Position numbers and translations under genes: made by a program. From Macrostomum lignano (taxonomy: Eukaryota), in assembly GCA_002269645.1 (NCBI GenBank), contig NIVC01003698.1, forward strand, positions 1 to 64,000: a stretch of 64,000 nt of DNA. Reading direction: 5' to 3'. Below are positions 20,365 to 32,819 of the stretch, in pieces (position 1 is the stretch's first letter; the number at the start of each line of letters is the position of its first letter). Under the pieces are notes generated by a model. It saw only the letters and a list, made by a program, of their open reading frames with translations. It was not told the origin of the DNA and did not search any database.

Positions 20365-20814
20365 GCTCTGTTTCCAGTTAGCAACTAAGCTAAAAGCTGC
20401 ACTGCTGTTCAACCAGCCTCGCTATGCTTAACTCAGCTTCCATTCGTGCCCTCTTTATACGAGTGTGAGCAGCCGAAGGGCGCACGCGCCACCTAAAGTT
20501 GCTTCTTAACGGCGCAACGCTGCGCACTGCATGTACATTGCACTGCACAGAGACAGAGAGAATGGAGGCATAGAATAACGAACAACAATGAGACTCTGAA
20601 GAGCAAGTTTAAGTGAGAAAGGAAAGACAAAAAGACTGTAGAAACGGAGAGAATCGCCGGAGCACCCGAGACAGACAGTATCGGAGCATCATCGCGTACC
20701 AACCTACACTGATTCGCGCTTTCGATGCCGGCCAGTCAGTTTGATGCTTGCCGACTTTAATAGATCCCCTTGGAGCTTACTCTCATAAGGGCTACATGTG
20801 TGTGTGAGCTGTCT

Positions 20815-20895
20815 GGCAGACAGACAGCCAGACAGACAGCCAGACAGACAGAGACACACAGACAGACAGACAGACAGACACACACACACAGACAC

Positions 20896-20938
<43 letters not shown>

Positions 20939-20995
20939 CACACACACAGACAGACAGACAGACACACACACAGACAGACAGACAGACAGACAGGC

Positions 20996-21026
<31 letters not shown>

Positions 21027-21085
21027 GACACACAGACAGACACACAGACAGACAGACAGACACACAGACAGACACACAGACAGAC

Positions 21086-21130
<45 letters not shown>

Positions 21131-21169
21131 GCCAGACAGTCAGACAGACAGACAGACAGCCAGACAGTC

Positions 21170-21204
<35 letters not shown>

Positions 21205-21367
21205 GACACACAGAGAGACAGACAGACAGACAGACAGACAGCCAGACAGTCAGACAGTCAGACAGACAGACAGACAGAGACACACAGAGAGACAGACAGA
21301 CAGACAGACAGACAGCCAGATAGTCAGACAGACAGACAGTCAGACAGACAGACAGACAGACAGACAC

Positions 21368-21424
<57 letters not shown>

Positions 21425-21425
21425 A
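20815..21425. repeat. (GACA)n/(CA)n microsatellite
   Basis: Direct reading. Confidence 0.98.
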
Positions 21426-22074
21426 GAGACTAAAGGATTAGACTAAATCAGTACCAAAAATCAAAGACAAGCGAATTATGCGTGAATATATGTTAAATTA
21501 AACAAAAACGATCACAGACAAGTGGCTCTACCAGTAGTATAATATGAATGTATATGCACACAAATTTATAAATATAGGACAGGCAAATGTGTACGAATGA
21601 ATGTGAGGAACTTGTGCACTTTCGAAATACACCAACACTGCATGAGCAAATGACGCAGCAAGATGCGCAATCGTTTAATCAAATTTGCCTGTTGCAAATC
21701 ACTACTCATGTAAAAAGCGCCGCAAGTAGTAAGAACAGCATTATAGCTAGTAAGGAATTCTCTACCCAGAAGCGCTGGAATGACCCATAATATTATAACA
21801 TTGTTTTATAGGAAAAGCTGTGACACTTTTGCATATACTAAGAAAGCCTATCGAATAAGAATAGGATAAGCTACAAGTGAGAAAGCCGACACCAAGTTTG
21901 AGTACACTGAGTGCATAATAAGCATGCATAAAATACTTATAACCCTATGCTATAAGTCCACAAAGAACAATGTAAAAACAAAATCATATAAATTAACAAA
22001 CCCAGGGGATTTGGGAGAAAATTATAATATAGTTTATATTAACAACTCGCAGTTTATAAATAGGGTCAAGATTT

Positions 22075-22470
22075 GAGGTGGGTCGCAATGCACATTTAGA
22101 AAAGCGGGAGAGTGAGGGGCTGAAAAGAGGAGTGGGGTGGCTGTCAGGGGTAAAAAGTTAAATTGCTAAAATGACACAGGAAGAACTGGGGAGTGGGATG
22201 GGCCGTTATGTACATTTAGTTGAAAGGCAGGAGAGTGAGGGGCTGAAAAGAGGAGTGGGGTGGCTGTCAGTAGGGTCAGGGGTAGAAAGTTAAATTGCTA
22301 AAATGTCACAGGAAGAACTATGGAGTGGGGTGGGTTGCAATGTACATCTATTGGAGAGGCAGGAGAGAGGGGCTGAAAAGAGGAGTGGGGTGGCTGTCAG
22401 GGGTAGAAAGTTAAATTGCTAAAATGACACAGGAAGAACTATGGAGTGGGGTGGGCTGCAATGTACATCT
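22075..22470. repeat. Three tandem copies of a ~125-bp unit
   Basis: GAAAAGAGGAGTGGGGTGGCTGTCAG at 22122, 22245 and 22375. Confidence 0.9.
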
Positions 22471-23384
22471 GCCGAGGCGTGGGGTGGCTGCTAGTCTAAC
22501 CAAAATTCCAGATGTTAAAAACACACAGCTAAAGGGCATCATGATTTGGCATTATTATCAATTTTGGCGATAGAATATTCTACGCAAACTCTAAGAGGCA
22601 GCATTAGTAGCGAAAGAAAACTCGGTTCTTTCAAACCTCAATAAAAAAGAAAAATGTAAGAGGCTTAAAATTTGGAATATTATGCATAATGTAACAAGAC
22701 TAATTGACACATAAACACAGACGATAATTGGCAAATAATACAAGCTACTATTGAAATTCTGCCACCAATATCGGTGCAATAAAGTGCAAGCAAAAACTGT
22801 TTTCAAGTCTATTAGTTTGTGCACAAGAAGCGAAAATAAAGTAATGCGATCTGTCTCAAGCAAAAAATCGGAACACAGGAATGTGTATTATGCCTCTACA
22901 GCTCATATGCAAAAGCAGGAACAAAAAAAAAGTTTAGATGAAACTATTCGACCAAAAGCTGCAGCTTAAACCCGAAAACAGAGACTAAAACAAAAAAACT
23001 AATTTTCCCAAGACTGCGTCTGATCGACTAGTGAATCTGCAGCGAGAAAAGATTGACTTGTGCGTGCCACTTTTGCTACTTAAAGTAGACTACGCGACTT
23101 TCTCGTCTATCATGGCAACGGAGATTCGCGCGATTGGCCCGCGTAGTTCAGGGAGAGCTGAGGGCCGCTTTTGAGGACTGGAAATAAAAATTAAAAGCAT
23201 TGTCTATAGCCGTTGGATACTGAAAGGTAAAATGGCTGAAATGACTAAAAACACCGAGTACCATTATTCAGTTTTAGATTCGAGTATCAAGTAGAGTATT
23301 CAGTACATGTCAATTAGAAATTCAATATATTCTGTAACTGCTCGATGCATTGTCAGGTATTTATAGGTGCCTATTATACGTTCA

Positions 23385-23900
23385 GCAGATGCTCAATAGA
23401 TCTTCATTAGATCTTCAATAGATGCCCAGTAGATGGTAAGTACGAGCTAGGTGCCCAATAGATCTTCATTAGATGTTCAATAGATGCCCAGTAGATTGTA
23501 AGTACGAGCTAGATGCCCAATAAATGTTCAGTAGATGCTTCAATAGATGCTCAATAGATGCCTTAATAGATGTTCAGTAAATGCCCCAATAGATGTTTAA
23601 TAGATACCTAATAGATATTCAATAGATGCCCCAATAGATGTTCAGTAGATGCCCCAATAACTGTTTAATAGATACCCAATAGATGTTCAGTAGATGCCCC
23701 AATAACTGTTTAATAGATACCCAATAGATGTTCAGTAGATGCCCCAATAACTGTTTAATAGATACCCAATAGATGTTCAGTAGATGCCCCAATAACTGTT
23801 TAATAGATACCCAATAGATGTTTAATAGATACCCAATAGATGTTCAGTAGATGCCCCAATAACTGTTTAATAGATACCCAATAGATGTTCAGTAGATGCC
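23385..23900. repeat. AATAGATG-based composite minisatellite
   Basis: Repeated CCCAATAGATGTTCAGTAGATGCCCCAATAACTGTTTAATAGATA. Confidence 0.9.
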
Positions 23901-23938
23901 AAATAGAGTCCCAATTCAGACCGTCTCTCCCGGCTCAC

Positions 23939-26900
23939 CCGTTCGCTCTGCAGCTGCAGCAGGACTCCGTCGGGGCGATTGCGCAGCCGGCAGCCGACCA
24001 CGCCGCCGCCTGATGCCAGGCTGTCGGCGGCTGTAAAGAATAGTCACAAAAAGTGGCCATAGCGCTCAGTTAGATCTTTTAAATTGGGATATTTCCCATT
24101 CATTATTCTCCCAACCTAAAATTAGGATTATTCACATTCTCATCATCCCCCAGTCTCACCTGCCCGCCGCACCACCCTGTCCCGGATGCAGCGGCAGACC
24201 CGGCGGCCCCGGCGGCACCGAAGGACCAGCGGCGCGGCCGCTTCCTCATCGGTGAGCAGCGTCAGCCGCCGCTCCGCCGGATCGAAGGTGACGCTGGCCA
24301 GCGAGTCGAACCAGACTCGACGGAGGGCGGCGCCACTCCGGCAGCGCAGTGCCAGGCAGCTGTCAGCCACCTCCACGTAGCGGGCCTCGCACAACCGGCT
24401 CAAGAAGCTGCTGCCGTCGTCGCAGTCGCCGCCGCCGCCTACGGCGGCCTCCGCAGTCGGCGACGAAATCAGGCGAGCGTCGAAGGCTGGCCGACGGGGC
24501 AGGCGGCTCAGCGGGGCGCGCAGGCGAACGGAGTTGCTGCCAGCCGCGGCTGCGGGCAGCTCGTCAAGCAGGCGCCCGAGTTTCCGGCTGTGGTGCAGCC
24601 CGACGTGACTGCGGGCCAGCAGGCGGCGAATTCGGCGGGGCAGCTCGGCGCGATCGACGGCCATGGCCAGCATGAAGGCGGCGGTGTTGTGCAGCGCCCG
24701 GCCCAGCAGCCGGTCCTCGTACAGCTCCTGCCTGCGGCGGCGCCTGCGGATTCAGAGGTTACAGCGAGAGATTCACGGCTAGCGAAGTTTAGAGAAAATT
24801 TATCAGTCACTCGTGCAGTCTTTCCGTTTGCAGGGTGTTTTGGTGCCTTGGGGGTTGGCCCTCATGGGTGTGAATCGTTCAATCATTGGGGGGGGGATTG
24901 TCGTGCGATGTACACCTATGAAGGCCTGATGCGAGTGCGTGCCTGTGTACAGTATTGGCGCTTGCACGTGCTCACGAGTCAGCTGAATCGGCAGAACTGC
25001 CGTCAGCGCTGCTTGCGGGGCAAAGCCGCCCAAGGCGTTGCGCCAGGGTTGCCCAGCGGCCCTCCTGAATTTCATTATTACTAAGAAGCCTGACCTGTCC
25101 TTCGATCCGCAGTCGAGACCGAGCACCTCCCGCTCGTTGGCCACCCAGTCGAGGAACAGGTCCTCCCAGAAGTCGGCGCTGTCCCACAGCGCTGAGCGGT
25201 CCTTATTGATCAGCCGCTCGTACAAGAAGCCGCCGCCGCCGCCGCCGCGGCTGCCTCTGAGAGCCGACGCGCCCGACAAAGACGATGAAGCGTTAGAAGC
25301 TGAGGGACCGACACCGCCTCGTCCACCTCTGCCGACGCTGCGACTTGCGTTGCTGCCGCCGCCGCCGCCGCCGCCACTTGCCATCTTGTGCGAGAGCATC
25401 TCCCTCATCTGGTCTGGGCTTCTGTGCTGCTGTTTCTTCTGCACCTCGATGTTCTCGTACTCTTCTCCGTTGAGCACCACAGATGAGCCGGAGACTGACG
25501 GGATTTGGGGTTCAATAAAAGTTGAGACCGTTTAAACAATGGGCTATTGTTGCAGCGATAGTGCAGTGAGAGATTGTAGATACCATTGCGTCTTATTGAC
25601 AGATTATACTTATTCACTTCAGAAATTATAGCCACGATTGTAAACTCGACAGTTGGGTACTGTGTAACTGCCAAACTAAGGAACAAGTTAAAGTAAGGAA
25701 TCACAATGTCTGTTTCTGGCAGTGGGAGCACCAGGTGAGGCATTGGGATCGCCAGGTGAGGCATTGGGAGCGCCAGGTGAGAAAGTGGGAGCGCCAGGTG
25801 AGAAAGTGGGAGCGCCAGGTGAGAAAGTGGAAGCGCCAGGTGAGACTGTGGTGCCGGAGAGCTGAGCTCTAGGCACTGACTAACTAACTAACTTATGCTA
25901 TGTACGTGCATCGTTCGTGCACACCATTCTTTCCTCTCCCTTCGCTCTGACTGGCCATAGCCCTAAGCTTCCATGTACTTGTACGTAGTTTATTGTCATC
26001 ACGTGACTCTATTTTGGGTGTTCTCTCAGCCCCTGCTCGTGTCATTATTAAATAGGCTACTTGCTAGTTAAAATAAACCTCAAGTATCTTTACGCCAACT
26101 ACACGGCACGACAGAGACAGTGGGAGCACCAGGTGAGACAGTGGGAGCACCAGGTGAGACAGTGGGAGCACCAGGTGAGGCTGTGGGAGCACCAGGTGAG
26201 GCAGTGGGAGCACCAGGTGAGGCTGTGGGAGCACCAGGTGAGACAGTGGGAGCACCAGGTGAGACAGTGGGAGCACCAGGTGAGGCTGTGGGAGCACCAG
26301 GTGAGGCAGTGGGAGCACCAGGTGAGGCTGTGGGAGCACCAGGTGAGGCAGTGGGAGGACCAGGTGAGGCAGTGGAATCGCCAGGTGAGGCATTGGGATC
26401 GCCAGGTGAGAAAGTGGGATCGCCAGGTGAGGCAGGGGGATCGCCAGGTGAGGCAGGGGGATCGGCAGGTGAGAAAGTGGGATTGCCAGGTGAGGCAGTG
26501 GGATCGCCAGGTGAGGCTGTGGGAGCACCAGGTGAGGCAGTGGGAGGACCAGGTGAGACAGTGGGAGCACCAGGTGAGGCAGTGGGAGGACCAGGTGAGG
26601 CAGTGGAATCGCCAGGTGAGGCATTGGGATCGCCAGGTGAGAAAGTGGGATCGCCAGGTGAGGCAGGGGGATCGCCAGGTGAGGCAGGGGGATCGGCAGG
26701 TGAGAAAGTGGGATTGCCAGGTGAGGCAGTGGGATCGCCAGGTGAGGCAGTGGGATCGCCAGGTGAGGCAGTGGGATTGCCAGGTGAGGCAGTGGGATTG
26801 CCAGGTGAGGCAGTGGGATTGCCAGGTGAGGCAGTGGGATTGCCAGGTGAGGCAGTGGAATCACCTGTTGAGGCAGCGGGGTTGCCAGGTGGGACAGTTT

Positions 26901-29900
26901 AGGAGCGCCACTAAGCAGAGAATTGCAATAAACAGCAAGGAAAATCCGTCAGTTTCCAAGAAAACTTTCCAGCCTTGCAGACCAAAAATGTTATCAAAAA
27001 AATTTTTGCGAAAGATTTTGATTAAATATAAAAGAGAAATTAGTACTGCAGTTGCCTCCAGCACAGTTTAGCAGCTAAGTAATAAAGTAAACTATACTTA
27101 ATAGTAATAAAATTAAAGTGCAAATGTTGCGCCGTAACAAGACAGTAACGTTAAAAAACTAAGAGTGCTACTCTAAGTAGAGTAAAGTGGAAGGAAAGTT
27201 AGGTGTAAAATGAATTAAAATAGCTCGAAACCCACTGGACTCGGCAATGGCCACTGAAAATTGGTCAGTTTTTTTAGGAAATCCGGACTTGTATTTAAAT
27301 CAATAGGTTAGAGGTATTTAAGGGAGATTAGGACAATAATAAAATGACACAAATATTCACAAATTTAATACTAAGACAATAACACTATCAGCTACTTATA
27401 GTAGATAGTCAATTTGCGCAGCAAAGAATCGCACTGGAATTTTTGTGTTTTTTTTTGCCAGTAGGCCTAATGGAACTAATTAGGCCATTAGCAAAAACAA
27501 TCATCACAAAATTAGTAACAACAAACAAATATTAATATGAGACTGTCAAAGGGTGATTTGGTGCGGTCTAAGAATTTTGTGTCGAGTAGTTTAAATACTC
27601 GCTAATTATCATGATTACCTTTGAGTGCATGTATCTTTGGTTATTAAATCATAGCGCCTTCAAGCCACTCCTAACAGCCGTTTTTATAGCATAATTTCAT
27701 ATTGAAAATACAAACCTTGGCTGGCCCTGCGAGAGCCGCCAGGGCGAACGGGCTGCTCACCATCGCGGCGAATTTCTTTCAACCAACCAGCTGTAAAGTA
27801 TTTTTTAATTGCAGATGAAACGTAAAATCATATAAAATAAACGATTTGCTCCTGAAAAGGACTCATTATGATGCGAGAAAAATTAAATTTCTGCTTTGTT
27901 TAACTAAGCGTCTAGTGAAAGACCTTGAATATTTAGATGCTTGATTGTCGCGTGATACTTAATAAAGCACACTAGATAACGGACTGATATGACGACCTTG
28001 AATATTTGGACACGCGATTGTCGCGTGATACTCAAATAATGCACACTAGATAACGGACTGATATGATGAACTTGAATATTTGGACAAGCGATTGTCGCGT
28101 GATACTCAAATAATGCACACTAGATAACGGACTGATATGATGAACTTGAATATTTGGACAAGCGATTGTCGCGTGATACTCAAATGATGCACACTAGATA
28201 ACGGACTGATATGATGACCTTGAATATTTGGACACGCGATTGTCGCGTGATACTTAAATAATGCACACTAGATAACGGACTGATATGATGACCTTGAATA
28301 TTTGGACACGCGATTGTCGCGTGATACTCAAATAATGCACACTAGATAACGGACTGATATGACGACCTTGAATATTTGGACACGCGATTGTCGCGTGATA
28401 CTCAAATAATGCACACTAGATAACGGACTGATATGACGACCTTGAATATTTGGACACGCGATTGTCGCGTGATACTCAAATAATGCACACTAGATAACGG
28501 ACTGATATGACGACCTTGAATATTTGGACACGCGATTGTCGCGTGATACTCAAATAATGCACACTAGATAACGGACTGATATGATGACCTTGAATATTTG
28601 GACACGCGATTGTCGCGTGATACTCAAATAATGCACACTAGATAACGGACTGATATGATGAACTTGAATATTTGGACACGCGATTGTCACGTGATAGTCA
28701 AATAATGCACACTAGATAACGGACTGATATGATGACCTTGAATATTTGGACACGCGATTGTCGCGTGATACTCAAATAATGCACACTAGATAACGGACTG
28801 ATATGATGACCTTGAATATTTGGACACGCGATTGTCGCGTGATACTCAAATAAAGCACACTAGATAACGGACTGATATGATGAACTTGAATATTTGGACA
28901 CGCGATTGTCGCGTGATACTCAAATAATGCACACTAGATAACGGACTGATATGATGCCCTTGAATATTTGGACACGCGATTGTCGCGTGATACTCAAATA
29001 ATGCACACTAGATAACAGACTCTTTGGTGACCTGAAATACTTGGACGCGCGAGTATCGTTTGAGCTGCAAACAAAGGACACCATATAGATATGGGACTAG
29101 GCGTGGTAGCCAATAAACTAGCAGTTTACTACACCCACATGTGAGGCGTGAGATGCAAATAAATAAATTTCCTATCTGATAAGTTTAACAAGCGTAGAGT
29201 TGGGCAAAGCGTTAAAATTTTTAAACAGTATTATTAGGCACAGGAAGCATTCATATAGGTCACAAAAATTATACAGATTCTGCGTTAGAGCTATCAGATA
29301 AAAGTGACTCAAGGGGTGCACAGATGATTAAAAAACAATTAATGTACTAAATACCGTAATTAGTATTTAGTACATCTCTTGACCTCATTCTGAGAAGTTA
29401 CTCTTAACCGCGGTTGTGTTGGAAGTTAGAAAAAACCGATGAAAATATAGGGAGGAAGCAAATAAACTGAGGGATGCGATGCGGATATGGATATAGGTAA
29501 GAAAAGCCAAGTGTTCAACTCTTGCACTTCAAAGAAGCGACCTGTGAAATTTACTTTCGACTGAAAAATGAGAAGTCATCCAAGTGGGAGGTTTGATTTA
29601 ATTCAGGAGCATTTTTAATGCAGTATTTGCCGTCAAAGATCAAGATATATAGAGTCTGGAGTGGAAACCAATGCCTAACTCAATGAAGTTCTAAAATTAA
29701 GAGTCTGGAGTGGAAGCTTAGTAATTTTATAGCATGCAATTCTGTCTAGGGAGATAGAGTCATGGAGAAATGTAACAGAAATAGATTTAAACTTGAAAGA
29801 CGATTAACTGCTACTAGTGGTAGTAGTGCGGGGGCATTCTTCACAAAATATCAACAACTAGATTGCTTTGTAAAATATCAATGAGCTACAATAGCAGAAA

Positions 29901-32772
29901 ACAAAACTGAAAATAAATTATAGTAATTGACAAGACCAATACTAGCAAACAAGCGCTTACTGAATGTAGACATGAAGCTCGAAGAGTCCCAGTCTCTCGC
30001 CTGCTTTTCGTCAGAGCTGGAATCCGACCTCTGGAACAGTGAAAGGCGATGAAGATGGTGAAGCTGTGATTCCCCTGCCCAGTTTACTGAAGCTGTGATT
30101 CCCCTGCCCAGTTTACTGAAGCTGTGATTCCCCTGCCCAGTTTACTGAAGCTGTGATTCCCCTGCCCAGTTTACTGAAGCTGTGATTCCCCTCCCCAGTT
30201 TACTGAAGCTGTGATTCCCCTGCCCAGTTTACTGAAGCTGTGATTCCCCTGCCCAGTTTACTGAAGCTGTAATTCCCCTCCCCAGTTTACTGAAGCTTTG
30301 ATTCACCTGCCCAGTTTACTGAAGCTGTAATTCCCCTCCCCAGTTTACTGAAGCTGTGATTCCCCTCCCCAGTTTACTGAAGCTGTGATTCCCAGTCCCC
30401 AGTTTACTGAAGCTGTGATTCCCCCTCCCCAGTTTACTGAAGCTGTAATTCTCCCTCCCCAGTTTACTGAAGCTGTGATTCCCCCTCCCCAGTTTACTGA
30501 AGCTGTAATTCCCCTCCCCAGTTTACTGAAGCTGTGATTCACCTGCCCAGTTTACTGAAGCTGTGATTCCCCCTCCTCAGTTTACTGAAGCTGTGATTCC
30601 CCTCCCCAGTTTACTGAAGCTGTGATTCCCCTGCCCAGTTTACTGAAGCTGTGATTCCCCTGCCCAGTTTACTGAAGCTGTGATTCACCTGCCCAGTTTA
30701 CTGAAGCTGTGATTCCCCCTCCCCAGTTTACTGAAGCTGTGATTCCCCTCCCCAGTTTACTGAAGCTGTGATTCCCCTGCCCAGTTTACTGAAGCTGTGA
30801 TTCACCTGCCCAGTTTACTGAAGCTGTGATTCCCCCTCCTCAGTTTACTGAAACTGTGATTCCCCTGCCCAGTTTACTGAAGCTGTGATTCCCCTGCCCA
30901 GTTTACTGAAGCTGTAATTCCCCTCCCCAGTTTACTGAAGCTGTGATTCCCCTGCCCAGTTTACTGAAGCTGTAATTCTCCCTCCCCAGTTTACTGAAGC
31001 TGTAATTCCCCCTGCCCAGTTTACTGAAGCTGTAATTCCCCCTCCCCAGTACCGAGTCCAACAGCAGACTTGCCTTCGTAATGTCGCAGTAGTGCGTATA
31101 GGCGATCTCCAACAGCAGCATGGCGGAGGCCACCCCGCCGCCGCTTCCGTCACCCCCTTCGCCGCCTCCGCCGGCGCAGTGCTGAGCGGTCAGGCCGGCA
31201 ACGGCGGCTCGCAGCACGTCGAGCAGGCCGCGAAACACGGCTGGCCGGAGCGGCACGTCGGCGAGGCGACCGACGCCAACTTCGTCCGCGCCGACGGCAG
31301 GCGAGGTCGGGGCGGGCGGCCGCTGGCGCAGCAGCTGCAATAAGAAGGCGCGGCAGCGCTCCTGGGCCATCAGACTGTTCAACCGCATCGACCGGGTGAT
31401 GAAGCCGACGCCTTGGCCGGCGAGCACGCTGGAGGCGATTTCCCGAAGGAATCGCTGCTCCTCGTCCAGGCCGGCGCCCGTCACCGTGGGCGGCTGGCGA
31501 TCCCGATGCCTGACCGTCTGCTGGGCTGCAGGGCAACAAGGGGCAACGTGACCTCGACTCGCCAATGATGGCATCGGACAGATGCAATGACACAAATGAA
31601 AATGCATGTCAGATCCAAATTGTGTCAGAGCCAATGAAAATCGTGTCAGAGCCAATGAAAATTGTGTCAGAGCCAATGAAAATCGTGTCAGAGCCAATGA
31701 AAATTGTGTCAGACCCAATGAAACTGTGTCAGACCTAATGAAACGGTGTCAGACCTAATGAAACTGTGTCAGACCCAATGAAACTGTGTCAGACCAAATG
31801 AAACTGTGTCAGACCCAATGAAACTGTGTCAGACCCACAATGAAACTGTGTCAGACCCAATGAAACTGTGTCAGACCCAATGACACTGTGTCAGATCCAC
31901 AATGAAACTGTGTCAGACCCACAATGAAACTGTGTCAGACCCACAATGAAACTGTGTCAGACCCACAATGAAACTGTGTCAGACCCAATGAAACTGTGTC
32001 AGACCCAATGAAACTGTGTCAGACCCACAATGAAACTGTGTCAGACCCACAATGAAACTGTGTCAGACCCAATGAAACCTTGTCAGACCCACAATGAAAC
32101 TGTGTCAGACCCACAATGAAACTGTGTCAGACCCAATGAAACTGTGTCAGACCCAATGACACTGTGTCAGATCCACAATGAAACTGTGTCAGACCCACAA
32201 TGAAACTGTGTCAGACCCACAATGAAACTGTGTCAGACCCACAATGAAACTGTGTCAGACCCAATGAAACTGTGTCAGACCCACAATGAAACTGTGTCAG
32301 ACCCAATGAAACCTTGTCAGACCCACAATGAAACTGTGTCAGACCCAATGAAACTGTGTCAGACCCAATGAAACTGTGTCAGACCCACAATGAAACTGTG
32401 TCAGACCCAATGAAACCTTGTCAGACCCACAATGAAACTGTGTCAGACCCACAATGAAACTGTGTCAGACCCAATGAAACTGTGTCAGACTCAATGAAAC
32501 TGTGTCAGACCCAATGAAACTGTCAGATCCAATGAAAACTGTGTCAGACTCAATGAAACTGTGTCAGACTCAATGAAACTGTGTCAGACTCAATGAAACT
32601 GTGTCAGACCCAATGAAACTGTGTCAGGCCCAATGAAAACTGTGTCGCAACCAACAGAAGCATGACAGGTCTAGTTCGTCAGTCAGAATAAATGTGTCAG
32701 GCTCACCCAGCACTTCGCCAAATCTCGTTCCCGCACGCCTTCCAATGCTATCGCCGATGCCGGAGAAGAAGC

Positions 32773-32819
<47 letters not shown>

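Noticed and set aside
20704-21441. TDRQ/VCLS-repeat ORFs (also at 50556-51083 and 63053-63300)
   Set aside because: They are (GACA)n/(GATA)n microsatellite translations.
22995-23180. Candidate terminal MADD exon
   Set aside because: An acceptor is present, but no frame resembles the MADD C-terminus and the in-phase frame stops after 9 codons; left unresolved.
26061-27071. Long ORFs (336, 266 and 260 aa) with heptad-like or collagen-like repeats
   Set aside because: They are translations of a stop-free 21-bp intronic minisatellite, open in several frames at once.
27920-29035. CRISPR-like array (palindromic repeats at a regular period)
   Set aside because: Units are head-to-tail and near-identical with no unique spacers; the context is a eukaryotic intron and there are no cas genes.
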